A DNA stretch of 64,000 nt from positions 682,001 through 746,000 of the forward strand of contig AP026134.1 of NCBI GenBank assembly GCA_030295235.1, given 5' to 3'. The notes under the pieces are model-generated. The model did no database searches and was not told the DNA's origin. It saw only the letters and a list, made by a program, of their open reading frames with translations. Shown here piece after piece: positions 1 through 11,913 of this stretch (positions are counted from its first letter, which is position 1; every line of letters begins with the position of its first letter). Source of the stretch: Fistulifera solaris. Its lineage: Eukaryota. The position numbers and the translations under genes are program-made.

Positions 1-2735
1 TCTTTGATTGCATGTCTTCGGCAACAACAATTTTAGATGCTAGGTTTACCCGTTCTTGAGCTCTGCTTAGGAGTCTACCATCCATATGCACAGGTTCGAA
101 TCGCGTCGACAGGTCCTTCATTATCTTTGCATACATTTTGTCCTCGTCCGACGCAATTAATGATACACTGCATCCCACGGCATCTTGACCAACACCGCGC
201 TGCACGATAAAAAACAAAAAGCACGAGTTAGAGACGCAAAAGTAGTACCTTCACTAAAGGCCAAACTTCGTAGCTCAGACAGCCAAGGGAACAATGTTTT
301 GTCTCTACATAAAGTTTTCAGAGACTCTAGTCCATACACACACTGTGTTCATCAACGCCAAACCCTGCAAAGCTTGACGAACAAGAAGATACTTACCGCC
401 GTACGCCCTGACCGATGAACAAAGGTATCAACCTTTCGCGCAGCATCGTAATGGACGACAGTTGAAACCGAGGGGATATCCAAACCGCGCGCTGCCACAT
501 CCGTTGCAACAACGACAACATTCCCTGTAGCGTTACGAAACGACTCTAATACTTTGATACGTGCTCGCTGTAATTATGATAAAACAGAAACGCATCAGTT
601 AAATTTCAGGGCGAACAATTGAACAATTGAGGCAGCAAGATATCGCGTCAAGGGCTCAGAGATTGTTCACATGACCCTCATGGGAGCGACATAAACAAGT
701 CGTTTTGACGAGCCATATGTCTCAGGAAACAGTTATTTTCCTCACAGCCACATGACAAAGGAGACTAACATCCCAACCAACGTACCTGTTGCATGTTTGC
801 ATGTAGCATTTTGGTTTGTATACCCAACGTTTGCAATGTTGTACCAACACGCTTCACAGCGGCAATCGAATTACAAAATACTAAGCAGGGCCCAGATCTG
901 CCTTCTTTCGTTGTCATTAAATAAGCGTACAAATGGGAATCCTTGTGCAACTGTGTGCACTTTATTTGCTGCAGACGAAGACCCGGTGGCAGGCGAAATC
1001 TGTCATTGGGATCTTTCTTTTGCTTCTTCTTTTCATTGCTTACGGTAGCTTTAGTAGTTGGTTTTTCACTGTGGGAGAGATCAACAATTTTTGCTTTTCC
1101 TCCTGCGTGAGCGATTTCGACAAGTTGAGCGATTGCCCCGTCTAAAACGGATGTATCAGTCCTCTTTCGCTTCTTGGATTTTTCCGAACCAGGTAAAGTC
1201 AGCGTGGCGGAAAAGATGAAGGTTTGGCGATGCACAGGTGGGGATGAAGGCAAACTAATCGCATCCTCATCAGACTCGGATTCATACTCATGCTTTGACT
1301 CCTCTTCGTATTCGTCATCTTTGGGTTTGTTCGCCTCTGCTGGTTCTTGGCGCTGTTTCGCCAGCTCATTCAAGATATTATCACTTAGCATCGTCACTTT
1401 GGCTTCGCCTCGAATTCCTGGCAAACCCAACATGCGATCGCAGTCTTCTTCGTCGACGTCATCCATGTCCTCATCGTCGGATTCGGTCATAGGGTTGGCC
1501 CGATGTACCGCATCCAATATGCGTCTCAATTGTTCGAATGACCCTTGTTGATTCATGCGATCAGCTTCATCCAAGACCAAGAAGCGCAATTGAGACAAAT
1601 CATTTAAATGAGGGTGCTCACGACTCGACATCTGTTAAAAGGCATTCAATGGTGAGATAAGCGAAGGGATACGAGCAATTAATAAGAGTTTGATAGTCTC
1701 CGACAATAATCGGCTCGACATTGTTGGAACTCCGACGGATGTCTAGATTGCGATGTAATTTCTTCTTCGACATAAAAAACCACTCTTTTCATACATTGCA
1801 GACTTACCAACTCCCACAGTCGTCCGACTGTTCCCACCAGAATAGTTGGCCTATCTACATCTAGTACACGAGCCTGTTTGGCTTGAGCTAGCCCTCCTAC
1901 TATACATCCAATCGATGCAAACGCCTTCCCAACCTTTTCAACTTGCAGCGCCAGTTCTCTCGTAGGGGTCAAAATCAGAGCTTGAAGCGGGGAATGTCGA
2001 GATAAATTGGCATCCAGCAAATGCTGCACAATTGGCAGGATGTAGGCCAGAGTCTTACCTGACCCCGTGGGGGCCGCGCCCAAGATATCGCATCGCCCAA
2101 GAATTGCAGCTGGAAGCGTTGCGGCTTGAATCGGCGTGGGGGTCCAAAATTCGTTCTTCAGAAGTGTGTTACAGATCTTGAGATGCAGCAACACCCCACC
2201 AGTTGCACCACACCATGATGATTGTAGAGAAATTGTCTCCTCCGACGTTTCGCCTGTACTAGTAACAGTCTTTGCCGGGACCTCGGTCGACGAATTGCTC
2301 TTACCCTTCGGCTTTTTTCTTCTTGGTTTTCTTCTTTTTGTGTGCGTTAACTTTTGAAGAGGACGTATCTGGTTTTAAGACCCTGTCTTTCTTGTCCTCA
2401 ACAAGCCCTCCGTCTGTATTTCCGACGTCCTGCTTCAATACACTCTGCTTCTTTACCTTTTTTGTGGTGGCCTTCGATGCTTTTTCCGCATTTGGTTTGG
2501 TATGTTTTTCGTTCGGTGAAGGATTATCCAGTATTGTAAATGATGTTTTACCGTCTAGTATTTCAACTTTGTAGGAGTCTCCGCTGAGCACTTCTAACCC
2601 ATTGAAAATGGCGACTTGTTCGCCGGGCTCGACCGGTAAATCTTTGGAACTAACTTTGACATCTGAATGATCGTAATGATTCTTTTCCGAGTCTTCTGGG
2701 TCATCCAGAGAGACGTTTACTTTCTTCCAAGGCAT
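1..2735 (-). CDS. DDX24: DEAD-box RNA helicase DDX24/MAK5-like (ribosome biogenesis); 3' end lies outside the window
   Basis: Motifs [45 protein letters not shown]. Long acidic insert between motifs II and III is typical of DDX24/MAK5. GT-AG introns at 1632-1807, 568-785 and 200-396 restore the frame. One homopolymer frameshift near 2312. Confidence 0.88.
271..360 (-). ncRNA. Intronic box C/D snoRNA, double guide (predicted LSU rRNA sites equivalent to the SNORD53 and SNORD52/snR78 targets)
   Basis: In DDX24 intron 200-396. C box UGAUGA (354-349), D' CUGA (321-318), D CUGA (278-275), short terminal stem. Guide before D is complementary to LSU ACAGCCAAGGGAAC (14 nt, 279-292). Guide before D' is complementary to LSU GACUCUAGU (323-331). 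Confidence 0.88.
653..749 (-). ncRNA. Intronic box C/D snoRNA candidate guiding the LSU A-loop Um (yeast Um2921 equivalent)
   Basis: In DDX24 intron 568-785. Variant C box GUGAGGA (745-739), internal CUGA, D box CUGA (659-656), GGC/GCC terminal stem. A 10-nt guide adjacent to D is complementary to LSU GAUUGUUCAC (661-670). Confidence 0.7.
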
Positions 2736-3427
2736 TGGCAATAATTTAGCCTTAAACCAAAGGATCATCAAGCAAATGGATAGACGATGAGTTTTATGGA
2801 AGTTTTGCGGCAAACAATATGGCAACGAAAATTCGTCTGGATGGATGCAAATAAAGTCGTCTGTCAATCCACCAGGGGATCTTCTCATCTCCCGTCTCGC
2901 GTCTTCGGACATTTTCCGGGACTGGATTTGTTACTTTGATGCTACCGTAACCCGCATGTTATAGGTTCTTGGTCACCCGCAGTAAAAAACACATTTAAAA
3001 CTGTAGTAACTCAATAGCGGTGCATTGGATGTAATCGCTTCAAATGATATCGCTCAAAATACAGCACCAACACGTCCACAATGGAAAGAAACTTGATTCT
3101 CTTGTGAAAGTAATGCGTTTTGAAATACATATTTTATGAGGTACAGAGGCATTTTTGATCGTAATAATTTCCGTGAAAAGTGTCCGGGACTGGGTTTACT
3201 GAGTCACCAATAAGTTACTTTTATAGTTAAAAATTCTAAATAGTAGAGAGCGACGTAAGCAGGTAATAGAGTAAAAGGAATATATTACGGAGTATCTGAT
3301 ATATTATATAATTGAATGACGATTGTCGCTTTTCAATAAAACAAATGGAAAGCCTAAAGAGTAGACGGTTTCATTGGCAGATATAAAACGGCAGTAGGAA
3401 ATCATCTTTTCGTCTCTGAAATCTCAG

Positions 3428-6402
3428 TCATTTTTCAAAACAATTCGTGAAAGAGCTGGGCCCAGAAACAAAGCAGCAGCCCCTTCGACCAAAAAAATCA
3501 GCGTCTTGACGTGAAGAGGACTTGCTTTTTTTCGGCCGACGTTGATTCGTTCTCGGCGATTTGCTTTTATTATAGCTGCTCGGTCCCCACCACCATGAAC
3601 TAGTCCTATTCATTGGTTGAAATCGAGGAAAAGTGGCAGATCGGATTCCTAGCGCACCCTTCACTTGGTCTAGAAATTGTGAAACTCGACCGTCACTCAT
3701 CCATGGATCATAGAGTTGCTGTTTTGGGTTGTTTGCACTTTCAAAATCAGGCGGTGACATATTAGGAGGAATGCTTCGAGCCCATCTTTGCAAAGAAAGT
3801 ATCGGCTCCTTAGTCTGCTTGTCGATAGGAAGAAGTGATTCTGGAAGACATTTTCGCAATAGTAAGCAGACTCGCAATCGATCTGCCATGTCGCTCAAAA
3901 ATTGATGAATTTCCAAATCACTAAGCTGCTGGCGTTTTAACCGTCTGTTTGAGTCATCGTCGTCTTTCTTCATCATGAACACCAATGTCGTCCATTTGCT
4001 TATCGACACTAAATGAAATGAAGTTGTGCTCAATGCTTTGTCTGAACTAACAAAAATCTTCCAGTGGTGAGACGGTCACGAAGCGAAGGACGGGATCGCA
4101 ACGCGAACAGTGATTCGAAGGTCCAGGTCCTGTACACGATCCACCCTGTCCAAGATGAATGAATGTTGGTGGATGCTCGTGCGCCACCAAATCATTTTCT
4201 GTCGCATCATGTATTGTTGTATCTCTGTAAGTGACTGGATTTGGGTAAACCAATTCGGATAATGGGTTCTTTACAAAAGACACATTTGGCTCATGAGCGG
4301 AGATTTGCTCACGGCCCTCTTCTCTCTGAGCAAACACGATGGGCGGCGCTTCGTCGTTTCGAAGATTTCGATGTTCATAATCCTCTTTTAAAGTACCATC
4401 AATGTAACTTTCCTTCCGCGACATTGCCGATGCGGCATGTTGAGCTCGATGCAAGTCGTCATTCTCGTCGTGGAAAGCTTGTTCGAGCAATTCGGTTAAA
4501 GTTTCCCACTCTGAATGTGGCCAGGGAAGAGGAGACTCCGTAATCTCTTGTAAATACTCCATAGCAGTCGTTGCTATTTTCTGACCTTCAAAAGTTTTCC
4601 GCCCCGAAAGACGTGCGTGAGGACTAGGGACCGATGTACCATTTGAATGAGCTCCCGGCAAAACATTTTGCAAGCTCGAAGACTTCGAAGACGCCGAGTG
4701 AATTGTGCTCCGAATGAAAACTGGCGGCCAGCAATCTTGATCTTTGCTCGAATGAACCATGTTGCTCGACAAACAAAATCCTTGCTCTGGATGGAAATTG
4801 GATGTTCCTTCGGCATCCAAGACGACTGCAACTGCTGCAGGTGGCCCGGATAGCTTTTCTTGACAACGAAGGAATTCCAGTATTTCAACTTCCAGATCAT
4901 CGTAACTGTTACTGATTGGAAACTTGGTGTTTACCAGCCCATACGTCGATGAGGCATGAACCCGAGTGCGATCCAAAAATACGGGCAGTGTTGCCAGGAT
5001 TCTTTTGAAACAAGATTCAAGCCACAGAGTTTGGCGCGTCTCTTTTGACTTATCAAATTTGGACATAGCGTGTTGCCATTGACGCATAAGTACAATACTT
5101 TCCAGGAACCTGTAGTGTAACAAACGTAAGTAACTTGAGTGTCGAGACGAATGACGGCTTGCAAGGCGCTGGAAATGATGCGCCGTCACAAGTGCTTTTT
5201 ATCGCATCTGATACTATGTGCAGGGTGGATTAGAAGGTAAACCAGGTGGGTGGTTTCCTTCCGAGTACGAAATACAAAAATAGTCACCCCGCAATGCACT
5301 ACAAAACAATCATGTTACTCACAAACATTGTTCCACCGCAAGAGAAGCCTCCAAAGCAAATTTCCAAGCTTGCACGAGTTGATAGGCGCGTTGGAATAAT
5401 GTAGAAAGAGAAAAGATCTTCAATGGCATCCAGTCGTGCCAGGACCATCCCCATATCGGTAGCTGCTTTCGCCACTGTCACAGTATCCGTCGATTCATGC
5501 AAAGATGCCTGTATTCGGATGAACTCACTTTGTGCCGCAACAAACAGGAGCACGGCGTCAAGTAGCGCACGAACTTTCTGTGCTGCCACGAGGACATCTC
5601 CTTGCGAAGACTCGGTTGCCAGGACGGGCTCGCACAATAAATGCTGCAAGCGAAACAGATCTTGTGTGCATCGTTGATACAAGCCAATCAAAGAAGGATC
5701 ACGACAGCAGTCTGCTGCAAACAGTTCGGCCGCCGCCAGTAGCCAGAATGGAGCAGCTACGAGGCGTTCCCATTCTTTTCTAACGCCAAAGCAGAAGGTG
5801 AATATGGTGCGGAAATAGATGACGAAGGAGATTCGGAAGGGGACGAAAAGGGCGACAATGAGTGGGATGATATAGGGCTAGCAGTCGATAACATTTGTTG
5901 GATGAGTTGCAAAGGCTGAAACACTGGACTTTTCGGCTCACTCAAGTGACCCCTCTGTGAATTTGGCGTGGAAGCCGGACTTTCTGTCTTCTGTAGCCAG
6001 TGACCCGCATAACGTGGGGTCGCCATGGATTCCAACCGCGCACAGGCCTTTGCGACCGAAAAAGGGATGGGCGTCGCCAGATCGTCGAGAAACTCTGGAA
6101 GAACTTGAAACAGTTTCAAGAGAGCTAGAGTCAGAAATGGTCTTGCGTTTTTCGACTCACATTTCTGAGGAGAATGCAAAGCTTGATGGGCTCGGGGATA
6201 AACATTGCTCTCAAGGGGACGCAACACAACATACGGTCCCCCCTTGTCCGGGTGTATCCATGCTGTTCTGTCGGACTAATAATGATCTCCCCAAAGAGGG
6301 AGTAGGAGGATTCACTACACCGAACTGTCGCTTCGATTTCATGGGCAGCTTCCATGAGGGTGAAGCAGGCGTGGCCGGTATTGTATTTGTGCTAGGCGAC
6401 AT
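3428..6402 (-). CDS. KICS2: KICSTOR subunit 2 (C12orf66/DUF2003)-like protein; split by one intron and several frameshifts
   Basis: Colinear blocks resembling human C12orf66: FLDDLATPIPFSVAKA, LLAAAE, IGLYQRC, LLFVAAQSEF, EQCL|FLESIVLM, LWLESCFKRILATLPVFL, AVVLDAEGTSNF, WPPVF, EWETLTELL, SDKALSTTSFHL, QFLSDMADRLR. Intron 5110-5322. Start codon uncertain. Confidence 0.65.
5137..5293 (-). ncRNA. Intronic box H/ACA snoRNA candidate
   Basis: Hairpin 1 (UGCGGGGUG/CACCCUGCA lower stem, GAAGG/CCUUC upper stem), H box AUAGUA (5217-5212), hairpin 2, then ACA (5142-5140). Both upper stems lie about 15 nt from their box. The 3' pocket (AAAAAGC + CGUC) is complementary to LSU GACG-UU-GCUUUUU. Confidence 0.72.
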
Positions 6403-6949
6403 GAGTGCGTAGAATGAAGGAGGCAGTGACCCGTATTTTCAATTGAAAACTTTGCAGCATTGCACCTTCTCTCAAAGCGCATAACTGAGCAGCATCTTTT
6501 ATATCTTCCTTTGAAACGGCGATCTGTGCAGCGCTGATCTACAAAGGCGATCAATAAAAGAGAGAGCTAAACAGTTGCGTTTCCTCGTTCGATCGCGATG
6601 AAGCCAGAGAGGCCCGAGGCCAGAACGCAGAACACCGTCGTCCGAATCATCCGAATTGCGACGAAGGCCTGTCCGTCGTCTGCAAATTGATTTTCATCAG
6701 GCGACCACTATAGCCCAAAGTGTTGGCTGTTTTCGCCACGACTGCATTTCAGTGTGTTTGCGCCTACAACTACAAGTGTCTCTTAAGCCAAGGCAAATAC
6801 ATCAAACCTGGGTGTTTTAAACCTATTATTCCGTATAGTTTCTCTTGTATCATCTTTGGCCAGTTATAAACAAATTTTAAACTTTAGACCTCGAGCAAAG
6901 TTAAAGGGGAGAAAACGTCTCGTTTAAGAGATTCTTTGTATTCAATCAA

Positions 6950-7580
6950 CTACTCATTATGCTCTTCTCCTGTAAGTACACGAAGATGTCCCTTTCGAAC
7001 CCACTCCTCCACATCATTCCAAGGCAAAAGTGAGTCGCCCCAACACGAAATTCAACCGAAACGCCGGAGGCCAGCACGACCGGCCCTTCCGTCGGCGCAG
7101 TGACGACACGAAGAAGCACGCGTTCTGTATTGAGAGGAGGAAGACCCGCATGAGCCCTCAAGTCATCCACGAATGGCAAAGTGTTTTGTGCGTATCTTTG
7201 GTGCAGCTGCTGATAAGCTTGTAAAAATCCTCCTCCGCGGGCCCGAGTTGCTGCGGTTCCTCGTTTTCTTCTTGTCGTGGACTCCAGTATTGCTTCTGTA
7301 TTCGCTGTAATCGTACCCAGTGATATGTGAGCAAACATCGTTTGTTGCGATGAATTGCTGCCTCCTGAAGTAAAATACTCGGTCGGACAGACATACTCAA
7401 CTTCGGCTTTCCGTCTGTGCTGGCATGTTGGTCTCGTGATGCGGCAGCCACTTGATCTCCCAAGGCGCAAACGTGTAAGTTTAAGTCTTGCAAACATGAG
7501 GAAACAAGCGTGTCATTGTAGGCAGCATTACTACGCTTCAGTTCGAGCAATAGTTCTCTTCCGTACCGACCAAAGTCCAT
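6950..7580 (-). CDS. GINS1: DNA replication complex GINS subunit Psf1
   Basis: N-terminus MDFGRYGRELLLELKRS, signature RNKRCLLTYHWVRL, C-terminal THFLPWNDVEEWVRKGHL after correcting homopolymer frameshifts near 7225 and 7028. Confidence 0.9.
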
Positions 7581-8184
7581 GGTGAGCGGTGACTCTTTCC
7601 ACTAGGAGAATGTGTTGTTGCAGCAGTCGTCGATTCGGTACGATATTCACTGAAGGCCACTTGGAATTGTTAGTGTTGATAACTATAACACGATCTTCTC
7701 CGCTCTATTGCACAATCTATTGGCGAGAAGAGCGACTTCTGTTGTTGTCATTGCCATTCAACGATACCAGGTACGGTGCAAGAACGGCAACGCGCGAAAA
7801 GCGAAAAAGGGATAGGGTGGAGTTTTGTGCTGTGTGGGAAAGACTGTAGGCTGGCAGGCCTTTTAAGCACTGATTCCCAATAACACTACGAGCCGATATG
7901 CCCTGACACTGCTCTGTTCATCACCCGTACCGTCACTCACTTCGCCTTTTCATTGCGAGCTGCACTGCACGTGCAGCTTCACAAAAATAAATTGAAGCGT
8001 CCTTGTACCAGGTAATACTCCACAGTCAAAAACTTGCGACAAAAGGCAGTGATCAGCACAATTGCTCAGTAAAAGTCTCCTTTCGAAGTCCAGGAAAAGA
8101 CAAGAAGCGTTCACGGCTCGGATCGCGCTTAACCCTTGTCGATTAACCGCCTCTTCCAAAATGCATGCGTCCAATCTCGTTGCA

Positions 8185-8358
8185 ATGGCCCGAGGGAAGG
8201 GCAAAACGATTCCCATCAAACTATTGAGCTCTGCCGGTACAGGATTTTTCTATACCACACGAAAAAATATTTCCAAAACGCCCGAAAAGGTCTCGTTCAT
8301 AAAGTATGATCCGGTAGTAAGACGTCGTGTAATCTTTAAGGAAGGGAAAATCAAATAA
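8185..8358 (+). CDS. MRPL33: Ribosomal protein bL33 (probably mitochondrial)
   Basis: [28 protein letters not shown]...[18 protein letters not shown], classic L33 signature. Confidence 0.92.
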   Translation: MARGKGKTIPIKLLSSAGTGFFYTTRKNISKTPEKVSFIKYDPVVRRRVIFKEGKIK

Positions 8359-8448
8359 GCTATACTCCGTTTGAATTAGCGGAGATATCAAATCTTGATA
8401 TTAGAAGACACAAAGAAATGTAAAATATTGATAAATTCATGGCTATCT

Positions 8449-9997
8449 TTAACACTCTTCGTCATCGGTATCCTCGTCGCTAGAGGATGACGAGGCATCA
8501 CTCACATGTGACGCTCGTTTTAGCACAATTCTATCCCCTGCAAGAGCGGTGAATGCCTTCTCTTCGTCGTGAAGCAACTGATCCAGATCTTTACCTTTTG
8601 GCTTGTCCGGTTTTTTACTTTTCTGCTTCTTTTCAATGGTTCGTGTTCCGCTTCCCGGCTTTCGTCGGCTAGTTGCTGAAGGTTCGGATCGATCCACTGA
8701 TTTGTGGACTCCAATAGTCGCACGAGGTCGGGCGCCAGTTTTTGAAAATTTCGCGTGAAAAAGCTATAGACCGTACCGTCAAACTTTCGTCCCACTCTCC
8801 CACAACGGTGTATGTAGGTCTCTAGATTTCCGGGAAAGTCGTAGTTGACGACAAATTTGGCGTCCTCCCAGTGGATGCCTCTCGCACACATATCGGTTGT
8901 TAACACAATTCCTTGTAAAGGCTTTTCACGTTCCCTCTGCGTGAGTCGACTGTGGTACTCCATCACTTTTAATTCGGTGAACTTGTTCAGCAGCTGCGAT
9001 ATGTACTGCAATGTAGAAATTTTGGCAAAAAGACTAGCCCAGGCCCGGCTACCTTCGATAGCGTTTTGGTCAATTTGGGGGGCTTTTTATGCTGAGCACA
9101 TACGTGAACGATTTGAGTAACTCGAGTAGGAATCTGGGACCAGATTTCCGTTCCTTCCAAGCGTCGTTTGTTAGATTGGTCGGTTTCGTCCTCGACCTGC
9201 TGCGATTCACTTGTAGGTGCTTTTCGAGTCGACACAACCTGAACTACAGTGACATTCGGAACCAGTCCGAATGCCGGTTCCATCCATTGTGTCCATACTT
9301 CTCGAGAGTTTGAGCTTTGAGTTGCACTGCAAAGTATGACTTTTGCTGGTTTGAGAGCTTTGGTTATATTATGCACTTGTTCCGAGAGCTCCGCATTCAG
9401 AGCTAAACGGTCCGCTTCGTCAAGGACAAGAACTGACAAATCGATTTCGCTATCCGGAAAGCTCTGGAGTATGTCCCACATTCGACCGGGAGTAGCAACT
9501 ATGATTGTGGACGACCCTCGACGCTGTTTGAATTCTGTAAATTGTGACTTCTTATTCACAGTGCCACCATACCAAGCCATTATTGAATGATGTGGACGAG
9601 CCATCCTTTGGCATTCCTGCTGCACCTGTCTGCACAATTCCCGTGTAGGAACCAGAACGACACTCAATTTCGTCTGCAGTAAAGGAAGTCCGTAAGCAAC
9701 GGTTTTCCCGCTTCCTGTCGGTGCCACAATTTGTATGGCAGATTCGTTCCAGGAACTCCAAACGTGTAGCTGAAACAGACTGGGCGACCAGCCAAGCTGC
9801 TTCCAGCAATCCCTCCACGCCGACCAGTGCGGAATCCCATGTGGCTCATCATTTGTTTCGAAATGATGGAGCGCAACCGACGGCTCTGCTGCTACTCCTT
9901 CATTTTCTCCCCCTGAATTCCACGAAGAAACGACACAATGTTCTTCGATTTGTACTTTGGATCTCCTGTTTTTCCTGCTACCACGTCTTTTCCCCAT
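8449..9997 (-). CDS. DEAD-box RNA helicase (subfamily unresolved)
   Basis: [40 protein letters not shown] distributed over three ORFs joined by frameshifts near 9028 and about 8630. Confidence 0.88.
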
Positions 9998-10701
9998 GCT
10001 ACTAATTTGCTTCGTGTCCTTGTTCCACTTCCATACAAAGGACTAGCTTAGTCGCTTGTAATAAGTTTCGGGCGTTGAAAGATGAAACGCAACGACAAGG
10101 GTATTATTTGTCGAAGTTTTTTTTTTGGTTTCTGGTTTCTATCGTGAGTGTGTATGACTGAGGGACAGACGCTCAAGTATATGACGTGGCAAAAGTTTAC
10201 CGAGTACTCCGTACGTAGTTGATAATTTATTTGTAGTTTGTAGTGAATCATGTTGCACTTTCCGCTTGATAGTTCCCGTCCTTGCCGCCTTTTGCAAGTG
10301 GACGCTGTTATTTTCCCCAACCCCCCCGCCATCGCCATCAGCGCGTTACTCCTTTCCTCTTTATAGTGAAAGCGAGGTTCCTTATGAAGAATCAGACCAA
10401 ATCTCTTTTGCACAACAATAGTTTTCTGATTTACCGAAGGCTCAATTAAGTGTTGGCTGACTGCGAAGGAGAAGAGGGAAGTGGCTGTGTAACGGAAATC
10501 AGTTTTGACGACTTTCCATTTCATCAGAATTTGCGGTAGAAGTAGGTGACGCTCTTCTCAACCCAACAACGAACCTTCCATCGTTTAAGCTGTTTACGTA
10601 TTTAGAAGACGAGACACTACGCAAAGAACATCGGCGATTAATTGAATTATTCGATATTTTGATTCCGCAACAATACTGCAACTTCTGAAACATTAAACAT
10701 C

Positions 10702-11619
10702 ATGTCGACTTCACCGGTTTCTGCAGTTACTGAATCCAAGATACCCCCGCCCATCGGAGATATGGCTGGCATTGATTCAGCTCTCATGTCTGCTTTGAGA
10801 GATCCTCGAGAGCGCCTACCGCTCTTTCGTTTGGAGAAGACACTCGTCGAGTGGATGCAAGAAGGCGACGGAGAATGGATCGAAGTAGGCGGCCCCTTCA
10901 ATAGTCGAATATGGAAACAAGCAGAATTTCCACCAAACGACGATATGGTACGAAATGGATCGAGCACTTCGTTCCAGAGATGCGTTCTGCACCGCTTGGC
11001 TGATCGCTTTGGAATTATTCGCGAGCAAGGCTCGTTTGACATGATTCGCTTAATTAGACTCCCAGAGAGCCGAATACCCAACGAACTTTTACAAGATTTA
11101 GATCCCGCTGTCTACAACTCAGCCGATAGTGAGGTCAAGATAAAACCTAGGAAGATGAAGATTATGAAGCGAAACAAGAACCCTGCGGATGGGCCACGGC
11201 AACCTGCGAATCAGGACGGCAATAAGGGAACGAGACAATCTTTATTGGATAAAGAAAAGGCTTATGCTGAAGCTAGAGCCCGTATATTCCAGGAGTCAGA
11301 GTCAGAAGATCTGAGTAGCCGAGATACGACTCTAGACAGTTTAACAGAGGGCCTCTCCGATCTACACACTGGTGAAATTCCGATAGAAAGACAAACGTCT
11401 CGGAACAGTACAGGTTCATTGAATAGCAGTGCATCCAGCAACAATTTTAGTAGCAATACGAACAGCAACATCAACAAGGCTGTTTATCGAAACTATGCTG
11501 AAGAAGTAGCCGATCCTGATTTCCAAAGGTCCTATGTACCAAGGGTCCCTAATTCCAACTTGATGGCCTCGGCACCGGTCTTCACACCCGGTTGCTGGCG
11601 ACCCATGAACGGGAATTAG
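10702..11619 (+). CDS. R3H- and SUZ-domain RNA-binding protein with C-terminal PAM2-like motif
   Basis: R3H motif SFQRCVLHRLADRFGI, SUZ motif KIMKR...EKAYAEARARIF, PAM2-like LMASAPVFTP. Confidence 0.85.
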   Translation: MSTSPVSAVTESKIPPPIGDMAGIDSALMSALRDPRERLPLFRLEKTLVEWMQEGDGEWIEVGGPFNSRIWKQAEFPPNDDMVRNGSSTSFQRCVLHRLADRFGIIREQGSFDMIRLIRLPESRIPNELLQDLDPAVYNSADSEVKIKPRKMKIMKRNKNPADGPRQPANQDGNKGTRQSLLDKEKAYAEARARIFQESESEDLSSRDTTLDSLTEGLSDLHTGEIPIERQTSRNSTGSLNSSASSNNFSSNTNSNINKAVYRNYAEEVADPDFQRSYVPRVPNSNLMASAPVFTPGCWRPMNGN

Positions 11620-11913
11620 TTTGTAAACTATATAATTATGATTTGCAATGGTTTGTTTCGTCCTTGCGGCGGCAGCTTTGAAAAGCAGTTGTTTGTTCTT
11701 TCTAGCAAAACGGTCTGTCCTTAAACCGTAGTAGGAAGAAAATTCCCCTCCCTCTCATTATTATTTATTTAATTTCAGTCCAGTCCCGCACTCCAACCTC
11801 CACGCAATAACGAAAAAGGCGGTGCACGGTGCAACAAAAATTCATTCATTTACTTTGCAACAAGTTGCGCTTGTATTTGTTTGCCTTGTGCATTTATTCT
11901 ATTTTGTTTCACC

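Noticed and set aside
1632..1807. Third possible snoRNA in the 176-nt first DDX24 intron (it contains a hairpin, CCAACAAU/AUUGUCGG)
   Set aside because: No C/D pair, no correctly placed H or ACA box, and no rRNA complementarity that I could recognise.
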